Positions 49,671 through 62,155 of a stretch of 64,000 bases of DNA are shown in pieces; within the stretch, counting starts at the first letter, position 1; each line of letters starts with the position of its first letter. Made by a program: the position numbers and the translations under genes. The stretch covers positions 113,524,001 through 113,588,000 of the forward strand of contig NC_058368.1 in the NCBI RefSeq assembly GCF_018350175.1. Direction: 5' to 3'. This DNA is from Felis catus (taxonomy: Eukaryota). Below the pieces are notes generated by a model that did no database searches, had not been told where the DNA came from, and worked only from the letters and a program-made list of their open reading frames with translations.

Positions 49671-52415
49671 GAACCGCTTTTGGTACCTCGAGAAGAGGTA
49701 AGAGTGCTCAAGGTGGTTCTCTTTATAGTGAGGCTTCAGGCCAGGGGTGAACCAGGTAACTGTGGAGACAGCCAAGTGGATCTTACATGGGAAAAGGAAC
49801 AGATTGAGGATTTGACAAAAAGAGAATTCGGAGATGAAACCAGCACAGCCTACTGTTGAATTTTTCCTCTGTTACAAGTGAGGTACAGAGGGCGAAAGCT
49901 AGGGCTCTAAAAACCACAGCAGGAAAACCACACGGGAAAGCACAGATGAGGCCCACGTGGGACATTTCACCAGGTAGAGAGAAGATTTTTCCAAACCCCA
50001 AGACATACTGCTGGGGGCAGAGTGGCTCAACAATGTGGATTTGCTGGCCTATCCGTCTCCTTCTCTGAAGGAAATAAAACTTCATTCATGTACAGACTTG
50101 CCCAGTCACAGAGGAGGTTTTGTGGGCACTGTTCTACTCAGGGCATACAATGCACATTTTAGCCCCTAAAATTGGCTAACTAGTGCTGTTCTAAGCTGAA
50201 AGGCATAGTAAGTCACTTTCTCCACCTCAGCAGTTCAAGTTTGTCCAATCTTTGCCTCAGAGAAAAGAGGAGGGGGGCACACCAAGTCCAAGGCCATGTA
50301 TCATAAAGATTATGGAGCCTCTTTGAGACATCATGAAAACTACCCAGCTGAATTTTAAGCTGCCTCTCCCCCAGAGAACTGAGGATTCATGGATTCCCAG
50401 GCAAAGTGCATTTGGAGGGAAAAACTCTCTGTAAGTAAAAACCCAGAGTGAGTTCAACGATTGACCTTTCCTTTGGCCTTTAATTGATTTGCAAGCAACA
50501 CTCTATGACTAGCAGTGGATGAAACACCTATTAACTTAAAGCAGTTCATTACCCCTTTCTTTCTTCCAGCACATTTTCCCTAATATGTTTATTGCTCATT
50601 ATAAGTAAAGATTGACATCCCTTGAAGAGAAAGTCTTAAGACTTGTAAAGCGGTTTCTTAAAAAGTATCAATTACCAAACTAGCTATGTTACCACAAGCG
50701 TAATACTGGATTCCAATTTTAGGAAAGGTGACACGATTATATTTTGTATTCAAGTGAGGTCAGCAAGATGGCAAAACATGAATCCCCAGATTTCATTCCC
50801 CGACAGAAACACCAACAACAATCTACACTTCAAAAATCCTTTCTAAGAACTCCATAAATCAGTTTAGAACCTGCAGCACTCCAGGAAAGGTCAAGGCCAA
50901 GAATAACTGCATGGAAACACGTAACAGAACTCATTTCATGTCAACCATGCCAGCCCCTCCCTCAACGTGGCACTGCTAACAATAGGAAACAAAGGCCCAA
51001 CTTGTGGCTTCAACCTTGGGAGGAAAAGAATGAAATATACATCAACAGTCTGGCTTTTCATGGGGCTGCTCAAAGCAGTGGTTTCTATCTCATCAGACTC
51101 AGAGTAATGATGAGGAAACAGTAGACCTTGGATGTCCAGGGGGCTGAGGAGAACAACACAGAGCTCGGCAGCTTGTGGCCGCACCAGAGATTTGTAACAC
51201 TGCAAAAGGAAGCTGAAAAAGCTCACTGCAATTGGGAGAAAGTGCCCAGCTTGTGGCTTCTGCCTTATTAGGAAAGAGAACAGTGAAACATGCATCAAAT
51301 AATCCAGCTTTTCAGAAGGCTGCCTGCCGGATTGGCTTGTGTCTCACACAACTCAGAGAAGGGATGGAACTGGCATAGAGTAGATACCTAGAGGCCACAG
51401 AGAACAAAAGACAGCTCGGTGGTTTGTGGCTGCACCAGAGAATGTGGACTACCATAGACACCAGAAGGATTAAGAGATACTAAGCTCCTGGAAAAAAAAA
51501 TGGCAAATCTCCCTAACTGGGAAATTACATATAGATGTGCAAAGATTACACATCCCCAGAAAGGTCTGAAAGGCTCAAAGAATCTTAGCCTGGCTGATTG
51601 GTGAAGTATTCCCCTGTTTGATCCAAGTCTGTGAACACTGAGAGAAACGGCTGTTTTCTTAAATATGTGGATCCGAACACAAAGGTAGAAAGTGCATAGA
51701 AGTTACAAAACAAATTTGAAGTAACAAAATAAATCTCCAGAAACCAACTCTCAAAAGACGGGAGGCATATGAATTATCTGACAAAGAATTCAATATAACC
51801 ATCAAGAAGATATCCAACAAGCTGAGGAAAATGATACATGAGCAAAATGAGAAAAATCAACAAAGAGATGGAATATTTTAAGAAGATCCCAACAAATTCT
51901 GGAGCTAAGGAACCCAATAACTGCATTGAAATTATCAGTAGGAGGGTTCAATGGCAGACTTGATCAAACAGAGGAAAGAATCACAGAACTCAAAGACAAG
52001 TCACTTGAAATTATCCAGTCAGAAGAGCAACAAGAAAAAAAAAATGACAGAGTGCAGAAAGCTTAAAGTACTTATGGAAGTCCATTAATAAGCCCAATAT
52101 ACATACTATCAAATTCCTTGAAGAAGAAGAGAGAGAAAAGGGCACAAAGCTTTTGTGAAAAAGTAATAGATGAAAACTCCCCAAATCTGGCAGAGTAAAA
52201 AGACATCCAGATTCAAGAAGCTAAACAGATTCCAACTAAGATGAATCCAAAAAGAAAAAAATACACATGAAGACACATTATAATCACATTGACACGAGTA
52301 AGACAAAGAATTTTGAAAGCAGCAAGAGGAAAGTAATTTATCATATACAAGAGAAATCACAGGAAACTATGCATGATTTGCCAGTATAAACCTTACAGTC
52401 CAAAAACCAGTGGGG

Positions 52416-52634
52416 GGGGTGCCTGGGTGGCTCAGTCGGTTAAGCTGCTGACTTCAGCTCAGGTCATGATCTCTCGGTCTGTGAGTTGGAGCCCCACGTC
52501 GGGCTCTGTGCTGACAGCTCAGAGCCTGGAGCCTGTTTCAGATTCTGTGTCTCCCTCTCTGTGACTCTCCCCTGTTCATGCTCTGTCTCTCCCTGTCTCA
52601 AAAATAAATAAAACGTTAAAAAAAATTAAAAAAA
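52416..52634 (+). mobile_element. Felid Can-SINE in L1 ORF1
   Basis: TSD aaaaa(c/g)cagtggg. Confidence 0.96.
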
Positions 52635-53625
52635 AAAAGCAGTGGGATGACGTATTCAAATGCTCAACAGAAAAAACCACCAACCGAGAATACTATATCC
52701 AACAAACCTGTCCTTCAAAAATGAAGGTAAATAAAGACTTTCCCAAACAAGCAAAAGCTACAGGAGTTTATAACCACTAGACCTGCCTTACAAGAAATGG
52801 CTAAAGGGAATACTGCTAGTTGAAACGACAGGATGCTAGACAGCAACATGAAAGCATTTGAAAACAAAGTCCACTGGCTACAAAAAAATGCACACATACC
52901 AAAAAACCACAATATTGTAATGGCAGTGTGTAAGTAATTTCGAATTGTGGTATAGGGGTCAGAAAACAAAATTATAAAAATAACTACAAAAATAAGTAAA
53001 TTGACACACAACATAAAAAGATTTTGTAGTATCAGTAACAAGCAACTCAAAGTGTACAGGGAAAAGGGAAAGAATAGAATGTTTGTATGTGACTGAAGCT
53101 GTTATATGTAAGTCCCATAGTGATCACAAAAGAAATATGTAAAGAAGATACAAAAATTAGAAAGGAATCAAAGCATGTCACTAAAAAAAAAAAAAAAAGC
53201 ACAACAAAAACAAAACAATCCTATTCACAGTATCACGCAAAAGAATAAAACATTTAGGAGTAAACCAAGAAGGTTAAAGACTTCTATACTAAAAACTACA
53301 AACTGTTGTGAGAAATTAAAGATACAAGTAAGAGACATTTGCATCTCCATGTTTATTGCAGCATCATTCCCAGTAAGCCAGAGGCATAACAATGGAAGTG
53401 TCCATCTAAGGATGAAGAAGATGAGGTGGGGGGGGGGGGAGGTCGGGGGGGGGGGTGTGTGTACACAATGGTATATTATTCGGCCTTTAAAAGGAAGGAA
53501 ATCCTGTCATATGCCATAACATGGATAAACTTTAAGGACATGATGGTAAGTAAAATATGTCAGTCACAGAAGGACAAATCCTGCATGATTCTACTTACAC
53601 AAGGTATCTAAAGAAGTCAAATCTT

Positions 53626-53829
53626 GGGGCACCTGGGTAGCTCAGTCGGTTAAGCATCCGACTTTGGCTCAGATCATGATCTCATGGTTCACGAGTTCAA
53701 GCCCCACGTCAGGCTCTGGGCTGACAGCTCAGAGCCTGGAGCTTGCTTCGGATTCTGTGTCTACCTCTCTGCCTCTCCCCTGCTCGCTTGCTCTCTCTCT
53801 CTCAAAAACAGATAAACATCTAAAAAAAT
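53626..53829 (+). mobile_element. Felid Can-SINE in L1 3'UTR
   Basis: TSD taaagaagtca(a/g)atctt. Confidence 0.96.
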
Positions 53830-54542
53830 TAAAGAAGTCAGATCTTAAAAGCATGAAGGAGAACGGTGGTCTCCAAGCGATGGGACAGGGGGCAGGGGTG
53901 GGAAATGGGGAGGTGCAGTTCAATAGATATACAGTGTCCATCAAACAAGGTGAAAAAGCTTTAGAGATCTTCTAAACGATGTGCACATAGTTACAAGGAT
54001 GTGCACATAGTTAATACCGTATTATACACTTAAGAATTTAAGAAAGTAGATTTCATGTTATATATGTTAGCACAATAAAAAAACAAAAACTAAATTTTTG
54101 TCCAGGCTGGAAGTTTCAGAAGAATCTGGATGCAAAACCATTTCAAAAAGCAGTCTTCCCCCATCCCAAAATGTAGCTTCTGAAGATAAAGAGAGCAAAG
54201 CGCCACCCTCACTAACCATCTAAGAAGTTTGATGGCTCAACGCCAAAAACAATCTGAGAGGTCAGTGCTCATCAGGGAAGGTGAATGCTCTTCCACCCAC
54301 CTGCAGCCCTTGAATTTGATATCCAGGTGTGGGAATGCTCCCAAGTATGTCTCAAATACACATGGCAAAGTGTTAACGGTATTGACATTCTTGGGGGGAG
54401 AGGGAGAACATAGAGGCAAGTGAGTGAGAGGTGGTCAAGACACCTTAGCCTGATGAGTAATATTGCGATGTTTTAAATGAAAATGCTAACGATTTAATTT
54501 AAATTATGAAAATACAATGTCTTAGCTAAAAAAAAAAAACTA

Positions 54543-54872
54543 CAGTTGACCCTTGAGCATCACCAGTCTGAACTCCAGAGGTCCACTTACATGTGAACTT
54601 TTTATAAATACAGTACACTAAATTTTCTGCCCCTTATAATTTTCCTAACATTTTCTTTTCTCCAGCTCACTTTATTGTAAGATAGTATATAATACATAAA
54701 AAATACAAAATATGTTAATCCACTGTTTATGGTATCAGTGACACTTCTCATCAACTGTAGGCTATCAATAATTAAGTTTGGGGGTGGCGAGGGGGAGACA
54801 AAATTATACACAGATTTTCAACTCCACGGGCGTTTGACGTCCCTAACCCCCAGGTTGTTCAAGGGTCAACTG
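54543..54872 (+). mobile_element. Complete non-autonomous Tigger2a-type element
   Basis: TIRs cagttgacccttga / tcaagggtcaactg, preceded by TA; 330 bp. Confidence 0.9.
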
Positions 54873-55224
54873 TGTCTACCAGTTGTCTATGGTATTCTCT
54901 CTCAACATAGGTCAGTGATATATAAAAAGACACTAGCCTGACCTTGAATGACACTCTTTCTCAAGTCAGGGATATTTCACCATTTTGTCACAGACAAACC
55001 ATTCAGTTTCTGGCCACTGAATTCATTGCCCTTTGTTCTTTGAGAGCAGGACAAATGAGCCCAGACTCTTGTCATCAAGGGAGCCAGATCTCACATACTT
55101 TTTTTTTAAAGTATCTATACCTTGGTTCAAACTAAGAGCACATATGTGGTCCCCGAGAGCTAACAGCCTAACTCTATGAAGTGTTTATCCAGACAGAACT
55201 TCAAGGCAGTAACTTGTAATTAGA

Positions 55225-55584
55225 TTATTCAACAATCACTTATTAAGTACCCACTCTGCCAGACACAGTGCTACCCTCAGCACTAGTCATACAGCATGGA
55301 AAAAAGACCCTGCCTTCCTGGAACTCACATTCATTGGGGAGACAGACATAAACTCACACACAGGTAAGTGTCAGAGAGGGTTAAGAGCTACGGAAAAAAA
55401 CAAAGCAGGGTAAATAATCTAGAGAGTGAAGAGTGGTGTTAGTTCACATGGAATAGTTTAGTACAACCTCTCTGAGAAAGTCACAGCTGAGCCAAGGGCT
55501 GAAATGAAGAGTGAACCAGCCATGCAAACTAGTGTGTGTAAAGCATTCCAGAAAGAGGAAATGGGATGTGCAAAGGCCCAGAGG
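55225..55584 (-). mobile_element. L2 3' end
   Basis: 'attcaacaatcacttattaagtaccc..ccctgccttcctggaactcacattc..agcattccagaaagagg..gtgcaaaggcccagagg'. Confidence 0.85.
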
Positions 55585-55814
55585 TCTTTTATCTTGATAG
55601 ATATCGACAAATTGAACTCTCAAGGATCTGTATCAATTCACCCTCACCAGCAGCATCTGGGAATACCTATTGCCCTACATTTTCACCAGCATCTGATTTA
55701 TACATAGTTACTTTACTTTCTATAAAAAATAAATACCATTGTATTTTCTCCAAGAGTTTTGGATAGAGTCAAAAAAAAAAATGGATGATGGTAATAGAGG
55801 AAACGGAAGAAGGC

Positions 55815-56065
55815 AGCATCCATTCTGTACCTATCTGTTCCTATACCATGCACAACGCTCTTTACTTCACAGATGTTTCCATTCACCTCGCATCAACTTT
55901 CTGAGAGAGACATTAAGTACCCTCTTCTGTTGCTCAAAAAGCTCCAGTCTACAGACTTTAAGAAATCAGCCCAAGGGCACTCAATCCTTAAGCTGTAACT
56001 GGAATTGACCTCAAATGGGCCTCACTCCAGAGCCTGGGCTCTTCCCGTGGCAGTGGGCTGCCTCC
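55815..56065 (-). mobile_element. MIR
   Basis: 'gcccaagggcactca..actccagagcctgggctctt'. Confidence 0.55.
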
Positions 56066-56892
56066 CCCCAGTACAGGGACACAGTAGAGCTCTCTCTCTG
56101 GGCAGTTCCCTTCAAGCAACGTGGAGAACTACTCGCTCCAGGTTCCTGCTTCAGTGAAGGTGGTTGTTCTGGGTAATTTCTTGCATATGCATTTAATTTT
56201 CCTTTCACTGTATTTTTTCAACAGTAGAAGCCGGTATTTCCCAATGCGCCAGGAATTTATCTACAGCTGAAGTAAGTTACTGTCAGGAAGATGTGGATAT
56301 GAATAATTAAGCCCCTATTAAACTTGCACACATCTTGTAATAAATCTCAAATTAGAATGTGCCAAGATCTTGTTAAACCTGCCAACACAAATTCTTAAAT
56401 AAGGTGGGAATATAATTTGGGGCTTATCAGGAGATCCAGCCTTTCCCAAAAGATGCTCTTTGACTGTTCAGAATTTTAATCCGAAGATTACCTGAATTCA
56501 TCTCATCTATCATTCCATTGTGTTTATGTCCACTGTAAAAAATCAACCAAGTACTTTCTCTCCAGATGTTCTCAAATGGGGTGCATTGTAATACACATTG
56601 CATTAAACCTCATTATTTTGGATGAAATATTGTCCAAAAGACCCTCACTCTGAATACATTTCACTTAAATTCTAAAAAATAATCATTTACATTCATCACC
56701 GACTTATATGGAACTTTTCAAAAAGCCCAAAGTAATGCTTTCCGTTGTGGGGAAAGATGGATACATTTGGTTACAAGCACAAAATCATGAGTCAGAGTGA
56801 TTTCCTGTCCCAGCTCCAGCACTTTCCAATTGTAAAATGGAAAGCAAAGAAATGTTCACCACACAGGGAGGTTTGAAAAGTTTCCATGAGTT

Positions 56893-57043
56893 GGGGCACC
56901 TGGGTGGCTCAGTGAGTTAAGTGTGTGACTTTCGATTTCAGCTCAGGTCATGATCTTATGGTTCAAGCCCCACATCTGGGTCTGTGCTTTCAGCGTGGGA
57001 GTCTCTCTCTCCTCTCTCTCTCTCTGCTTGTCTCCAATGAGCA

Positions 57044-57099
<56 letters not shown>

Positions 57100-57118
57100 A
57101 TAAATAAATTTTAAAAAT
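56893..57118 (+). mobile_element. Can-SINE with expanded (CT)n (~57049-57096), inserted in a MIR (~56785-57200)
   Basis: TSD aaag(t/a)ttccatgagtt. Confidence 0.95.
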
Positions 57119-57574
57119 AAAGATTCCATGAGTTAATCACCCAACATGCTGCCTGCCCCACAGTAAGTGTGTAGTTAAATGTCAGCTGCAATTATTATTG
57201 TTTGGTGTATCCCAATAATGCAAACTGATATTAGCTAAAACATATTACTCAAAGATTTAAAAACCTTTCGTTTTTTGATATGAAAATAATACAGATTTCT
57301 TTTCATAACCTTATTAACAACCCACAAGAATAAATCAGAAAATAAACCTTAACTATAACATAATGAAGTCTTAAATACCCCTGTGACGCTGACAAAAGCC
57401 AACACAGCGATTTCCATTTGCCAGCAGGAAAATAAGACGACCAGTGGTTGAGAAACTTGTTCTCCACCTCCCAGGAAAGAGGAACAAAATACAGAGGAAC
57501 GTGTGCAGCTTTCCACAACCCTCCAAATGGTGCCTGGGTGTCTTTTATCCCAAAAGGCACATCCATTCTTTAAA

Positions 57575-57740
57575 TGTAAGCCTTAATTCTACCTATAAGC
57601 TGTGTAACCTTGTGCAAAGCAAATAACTAGTCTGTGCGTCAACTTTCTCAACTGTAAGGTAAGGACTAGTAAAAATACATAGGTCCCAGTGTTGCGGTGA
57701 ATCAAATGACTAGCGTGTCAGGTAAGTCCTGCCGCACACA
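57575..57740 (+). mobile_element. MIR
   Basis: 'agctgtgtaaccttgtgcaa..tctgtgcgtcaactttctcaactgtaa'. Confidence 0.65.
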
Positions 57741-58389
57741 CATTTGCCAACATGAGCTGCTGGGAATGTATATCCTCCTGCCTTTTTTCTAGAGCCGTCT
57801 TAATAACTCCAGGAATTCTGAGTCCAGATTCTCAAGCTGAACAAACAGAAGGAAAATGTCTGGGCCAGAAAAAAAGAACACGAATGTATCATTCTTGCAG
57901 GGACCCCTCAGATTCTTAAGACCTTGGAATCAACCATTCATTGTCCATGCCCACCTGCAATACCACTTAAAATATAAACAACAGGGGCTCCTCACAGCCC
58001 TTTCGGCTGCCTGACATCCAACGGATAGCTGAGCTCCTCTTCGCTGGTAAATGGGAAACTGTGAAACATGATTGGACTGACCAACAAGTATGTGCCAAAA
58101 GCCCAGTTGAAAAACAACCTTGTGATTTTACATAATCTATAAACGGGGCCCAGCTGGATGGCAAAATACACTGAAGACCCTGGGCCAGGGACCTCGATCC
58201 CTAGGTCATGTCACCATCAGGGCCTTTGCTGCCAAACCCCTCATCCTCCTCTGTACTCTGGTGACAGGGACACCAGGATCAGGAGAGCCTGGGAAAAGGT
58301 GACAATTGGCCAAGCCCATCCCAAGGATGAACTATCTATCTCCTCCCCCAGAGAAATAAGGCTCCTCTCATTTAAATCACAAAAAAAGA

Positions 58390-58601
58390 GGGGCGCCTGG
58401 GTGGCGCAGTCGGTTAAGCGCCCGACTTCAGCCAGGTCACGATCTCACGGTCCGTGAGTTCGAGCCCCACGTCGGGCTCCGGGCTGATGGCTCGGAGCCT
58501 GGATCCTGTTTCCGATTCTGTGTCTCCCTCTCTCTCTGCCCCTCCCCCGTTCATGCTCTGTCTCTCTCTGTCCCAAAAATAAATAAACGTTGAAAAAAAA
58601 A
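58390..58601 (+). mobile_element. Young felid SINEC_Fc-type SINE
   Basis: Young-type body; TSD atttaaatcacaaaaaa(a)ga. Confidence 0.98.
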
Positions 58602-58814
58602 ATTTAAATCACAAAAAAGAAATTCCAGAAGAGAAAACATAATCCATGTGGCCTGCACGGGAAAGAACAGAATGAATATTAAGACCCGAGCCTACTTCTG
58701 GGGCAGATAGGACACAAAGGAGTATCTGCAGAGAAAGCATCCAACTCTGTACCAGGCACACCATGTTCACGTCACAAAAGAACATAGTCATTACCCTTCT
58801 CCTCACTGCGGAAC

Positions 58815-59050
58815 ATGGCTGTAACAAAAGCCAGCACGTCACAGTCCAAGGAGCTATGCTAAATACCTTACATGTATTATTTTATTTACTTCTCATAATG
58901 ACACTAAGGAGCAGGTGCTATTATCATTTGCACCTTCCAGCTGAGAAAATTGAAAAGTTTAGTCCAGGAGACCTGCCGGGATCACACGATTCATACGCGG
59001 CAAAGCTACAATACCAACGGGGGCCTTTTGCATCACTGCCTCCAAACTAT
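58815..59050 (-). mobile_element. MIR
   Basis: 'ctatgctaaataccttacatgtattatt..aggtgctattatc..cagctgagaaaattga'. Confidence 0.7.
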
Positions 59051-59163
59051 ATCACCTCCACATACCACATATTCTTTTAAGTCTTTTGGGAATTGGAAAT
59101 GATATATAAAGTCATAAATGGCCCCTAAATTGGCAGACATCCGCCATGCCAGCTTCTGGATAC

Positions 59164-59671
59164 AGTGATGGTTAATCATATGGGTCAACTGGACTGAGCC
59201 ATGGAGTGACCAGACATAGGGCCAAACATTATCCCAGGTGTGTCTGTAGGGGTGTTTGTAGAGGAGATAAACATTTGAATGGCAGACTGAGTAAAGCAGA
59301 TTGCCCCCCCCCCCAATGTGGGTGGACTCCACCCAATCAACTGAAGACTGAATAGAACAAAAGGCTAAATAAGAAGGAATTCCTTCTGCAGAAGTAATTG
59401 GGCTGGGCCAATGGTCTTCTCTCACTTTTGCAGTAAACCAAAAAGTCGGCTCTTCTTGGGTCTGGAGCCTACTGGATTTTGGACCAGAGCTTACCTCATG
59501 CCTTCAGAATGAGACTGGAATTAGGCCATCAGCCCTCCGGGGTCTCCAGCTTGCCAACTGCGGATACTGGGACATCTGAGCCTCTCTCCTTGCATGAGCC
59601 AATGCCTTATTTTATGTACATTTATCTTTGTCCTATTGGTCCTGGTTCTCTGGAGAACCTTGACTAACGGA
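59164..59671 (+). mobile_element. MLT2B-type ERVL solo LTR
   Basis: Starts 'gtgatggttaatcatatgggtcaactggactg', ends 'cctattggtcctggttctctggagaaccttgactaa'; 5-bp TSD gatac / gatgc. Confidence 0.92.
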
Positions 59672-61049
59672 GATGCCAAGTGTCACAGGAGTCCAACTAA
59701 AGCCTTAGTTATTAAAAATGGAGCCTGTTTATGGGTTATGTAGACATTAAGCTTCCATCAGCCCAGTTTGTAAAACTAAACCTTAGATAAATGTCTGACC
59801 TGAAGACATGCGGCTCCGAAAACAAAAGTGGGGAGTGATTTGAAGGAGGGGATCTAGGGGGAAAGGAGGGGAGCATACGGGATCGTGGTGTGCTCTTGGG
59901 CCCCAACTGTGCCTTTCCACTCTAGTGTTGCTTTGTTGGCCCCTCTAACACAACACATCTCACTGAGCACAAACATTGTCCCTGTGCACAAGCTTGAGAA
60001 GCCGTCTCCATGGCTCCCTCAGCCTATCACTCACGTGTCTCCCAATCTTATCAATTCTACAGCCGGGCCTGGAAGCCTCCGAACAAATGGCGTAAGGACA
60101 AGTCATCTTCAGATGAGAACCATCTTTGTAGCTCATGTAGGTACACAACACAGTTCCCTGGCCATCACACTAGGCTCTGTGGGGATTAATCTGTCACTGA
60201 GCTGGAGCCAGACCAGCCTTTTTCACACATTGCATGGAAAGTAGAGCCAGGACCCCACTTCTGCTCGGCCGAGCCTCCCTGCAGGCCGATGCTCCTGAAA
60301 ATTAGCTCTTTCATCATGATGAGCTGCCCAAAGCGCGCAGGAGCTAAGAGATGACCTATCGGCACAATTCACAATATCTATGTTCCAGCCACTTCCCTGC
60401 CTTCCGTCTCCACTCGGTACCTTCGGCTGGCTGACTCAGGGATCCCCAGACACCGTAGGGACAGAAATTGTAACTGCATTTCCCAGTGATGGGTGACTTT
60501 AAAGATGAGGGCTGTACAACGCTCCCCCATCTCTGAACTCCACCAGCTTCAACCAAAACGCAAACTGACACTGCCTCTGTAGTGAGATTAGGAGAAAGCC
60601 AGTTGAACTCGTTCCTTAAATACATCAGCACTGATTTTAAAGCCACATATCTCTCAGATCTCAAGACATGAACTGGCTCCAAATCTACCCTCAGACGCAC
60701 TGTGAAAATTCACATGGAAAGCTAGAAGCTGAAATTAAAAAAATGCATGGATACGCAGGGCTCATACTTGGTTATGGAGCTTGTTGTGGGTAGTTGTTAG
60801 TAAAAACATTCATCCATGTAACGTTTTGACAAATACATGCAGAGGAACTACTGGGTGCGAGGCACTGGCCATGGAGACACAGAGATGAGGCCTAGGACAG
60901 CTCACTGCCCACCAAGGGACCCCACCAAACCCCTTTCATTTGTCAAGAAAGGGCTCAATTAATCTTTGCAGAGACCTGCCCAGCCCAATATTCACCCTGA
61001 CAATCACAGCTTTCATCCAAGGGAGTCAGGTGCAGGCATTACTCAGACA

Positions 61050-61290
61050 TGTGCATTTCCTGAGCACCTATTACTTCGGGCACCGGGATAAGTACTAGGC
61101 ACATTATACCACTTAATCCACCTGACATCTCCACAAGGTAGGTATCAGCACTACGATGTTACAGGTGGCAACCAGAGAGATTACAAGGCTGGCCCAAAGT
61201 TGCATGACCAGGAAATGGTCGTTGAGCCAGGATCCAAGTTCCTAACGTGTGTGATGGGGAAGCTCGGGTCTCCCTGAGCATCCACTAGGA
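61050..61290 (-). mobile_element. MIR
   Basis: 'ctgagcacctatt..cacttaatcc..aaggtaggtatcag..gagccaggatccaa'. Confidence 0.7.
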
Positions 61291-61699
61291 TTCCCAAGGG
61301 GTTCTAAAGAGGCCTGCTCCTTCCTCAGCTGTTATCGCAATGGACTGGCTGCTTGAGCAGTGGGACTATAGGTGCGGTGCCCCGGCCAGCTGCCTCCCCT
61401 CTCCGGAGTCTGCCTCGTCATCTACCAAGTGTGCGAGGTCAATGAAGCGATCTTCCAACCAATCTGCCTTCCAAGGGGTCTTCTGCATCCCTGCCATCAA
61501 AGGACCTGCAAAAGCGTGGCCAAGAGCATTCTAGCTCATTCGCAGGGCACAGAGTATCTCAGCCAGGCCTTGACAAGCAGCCCCACAGAGATGCGCTGGC
61601 CCCAACTCACCTGCCTCAGCCACAGACAGCCCCGTCAGACAAACCCCTATCCGCCACCAAACCCTCAAGGCCCTTCATACTCCTCCCCTAGTTCAGCAC

Positions 61700-62155
61700 C
61701 TTTGCCAACACAGCACCTGTGTTTTGTGTATTCAAGTTTTACATAACTCAGATGACATCCCTCTCCTGCCTTAAAGGTAATAGCCCCCTAGTTATTGGTT
61801 ATGTAAACCCCTGAGCAGGGCCTATGCTCCCTCTCTGGCCTCGCCTAGGTCCACACCTGCTGGCTCCCTCCTCCAGCCTCAGCAGGTGCTCAGTCCTTCC
61901 CTCCTCAGCCCTGTTCTTCCCTGTCTGCAACCCTCTCCACTCCCTCCCTGCCCTTTGGACCCAGCCCTCCACATTTCCTCCTCAGACCTTCCCACTGGGT
62001 ATTCACTATTTCAGCCTGTCTGGTCCCTCCAGGCAGGTAACCCAAATAGACACTTTTCTCCCTTGGTCCACGGCTCATTTCCCCAGATAAGGTTCTGCTT
62101 CAGCCGCCACCTGCCCCCAACAGAGTGCCCAGCACGAAGACAGCACTCAAAGACT
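61700..62155 (+). mobile_element. Degraded L2
   Basis: C/T-rich tract 'tcagatgacatccctctcctgccttaaa..cctccagcctc' ending 'cagagtgcccagcac..gcactcaaa'. Confidence 0.5.

Larger units (their letters stand above)
50755..54090 (+). mobile_element. Old L1 (L1MA/L1MB-like) with 5'UTR, degraded ORF1, nearly all ORF2 deleted and an intact 3' end
   Basis: 5' CAAGATGGC at 50764; ORF1 C-terminal remnant IKTFPNKQKLQEFITTRPALQEM (52731-52799); ORF2 remnant TILFTVSRKRIKHLGVN (53215-53265); 3'UTR and AATAAA at 54074. Confidence 0.9.
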
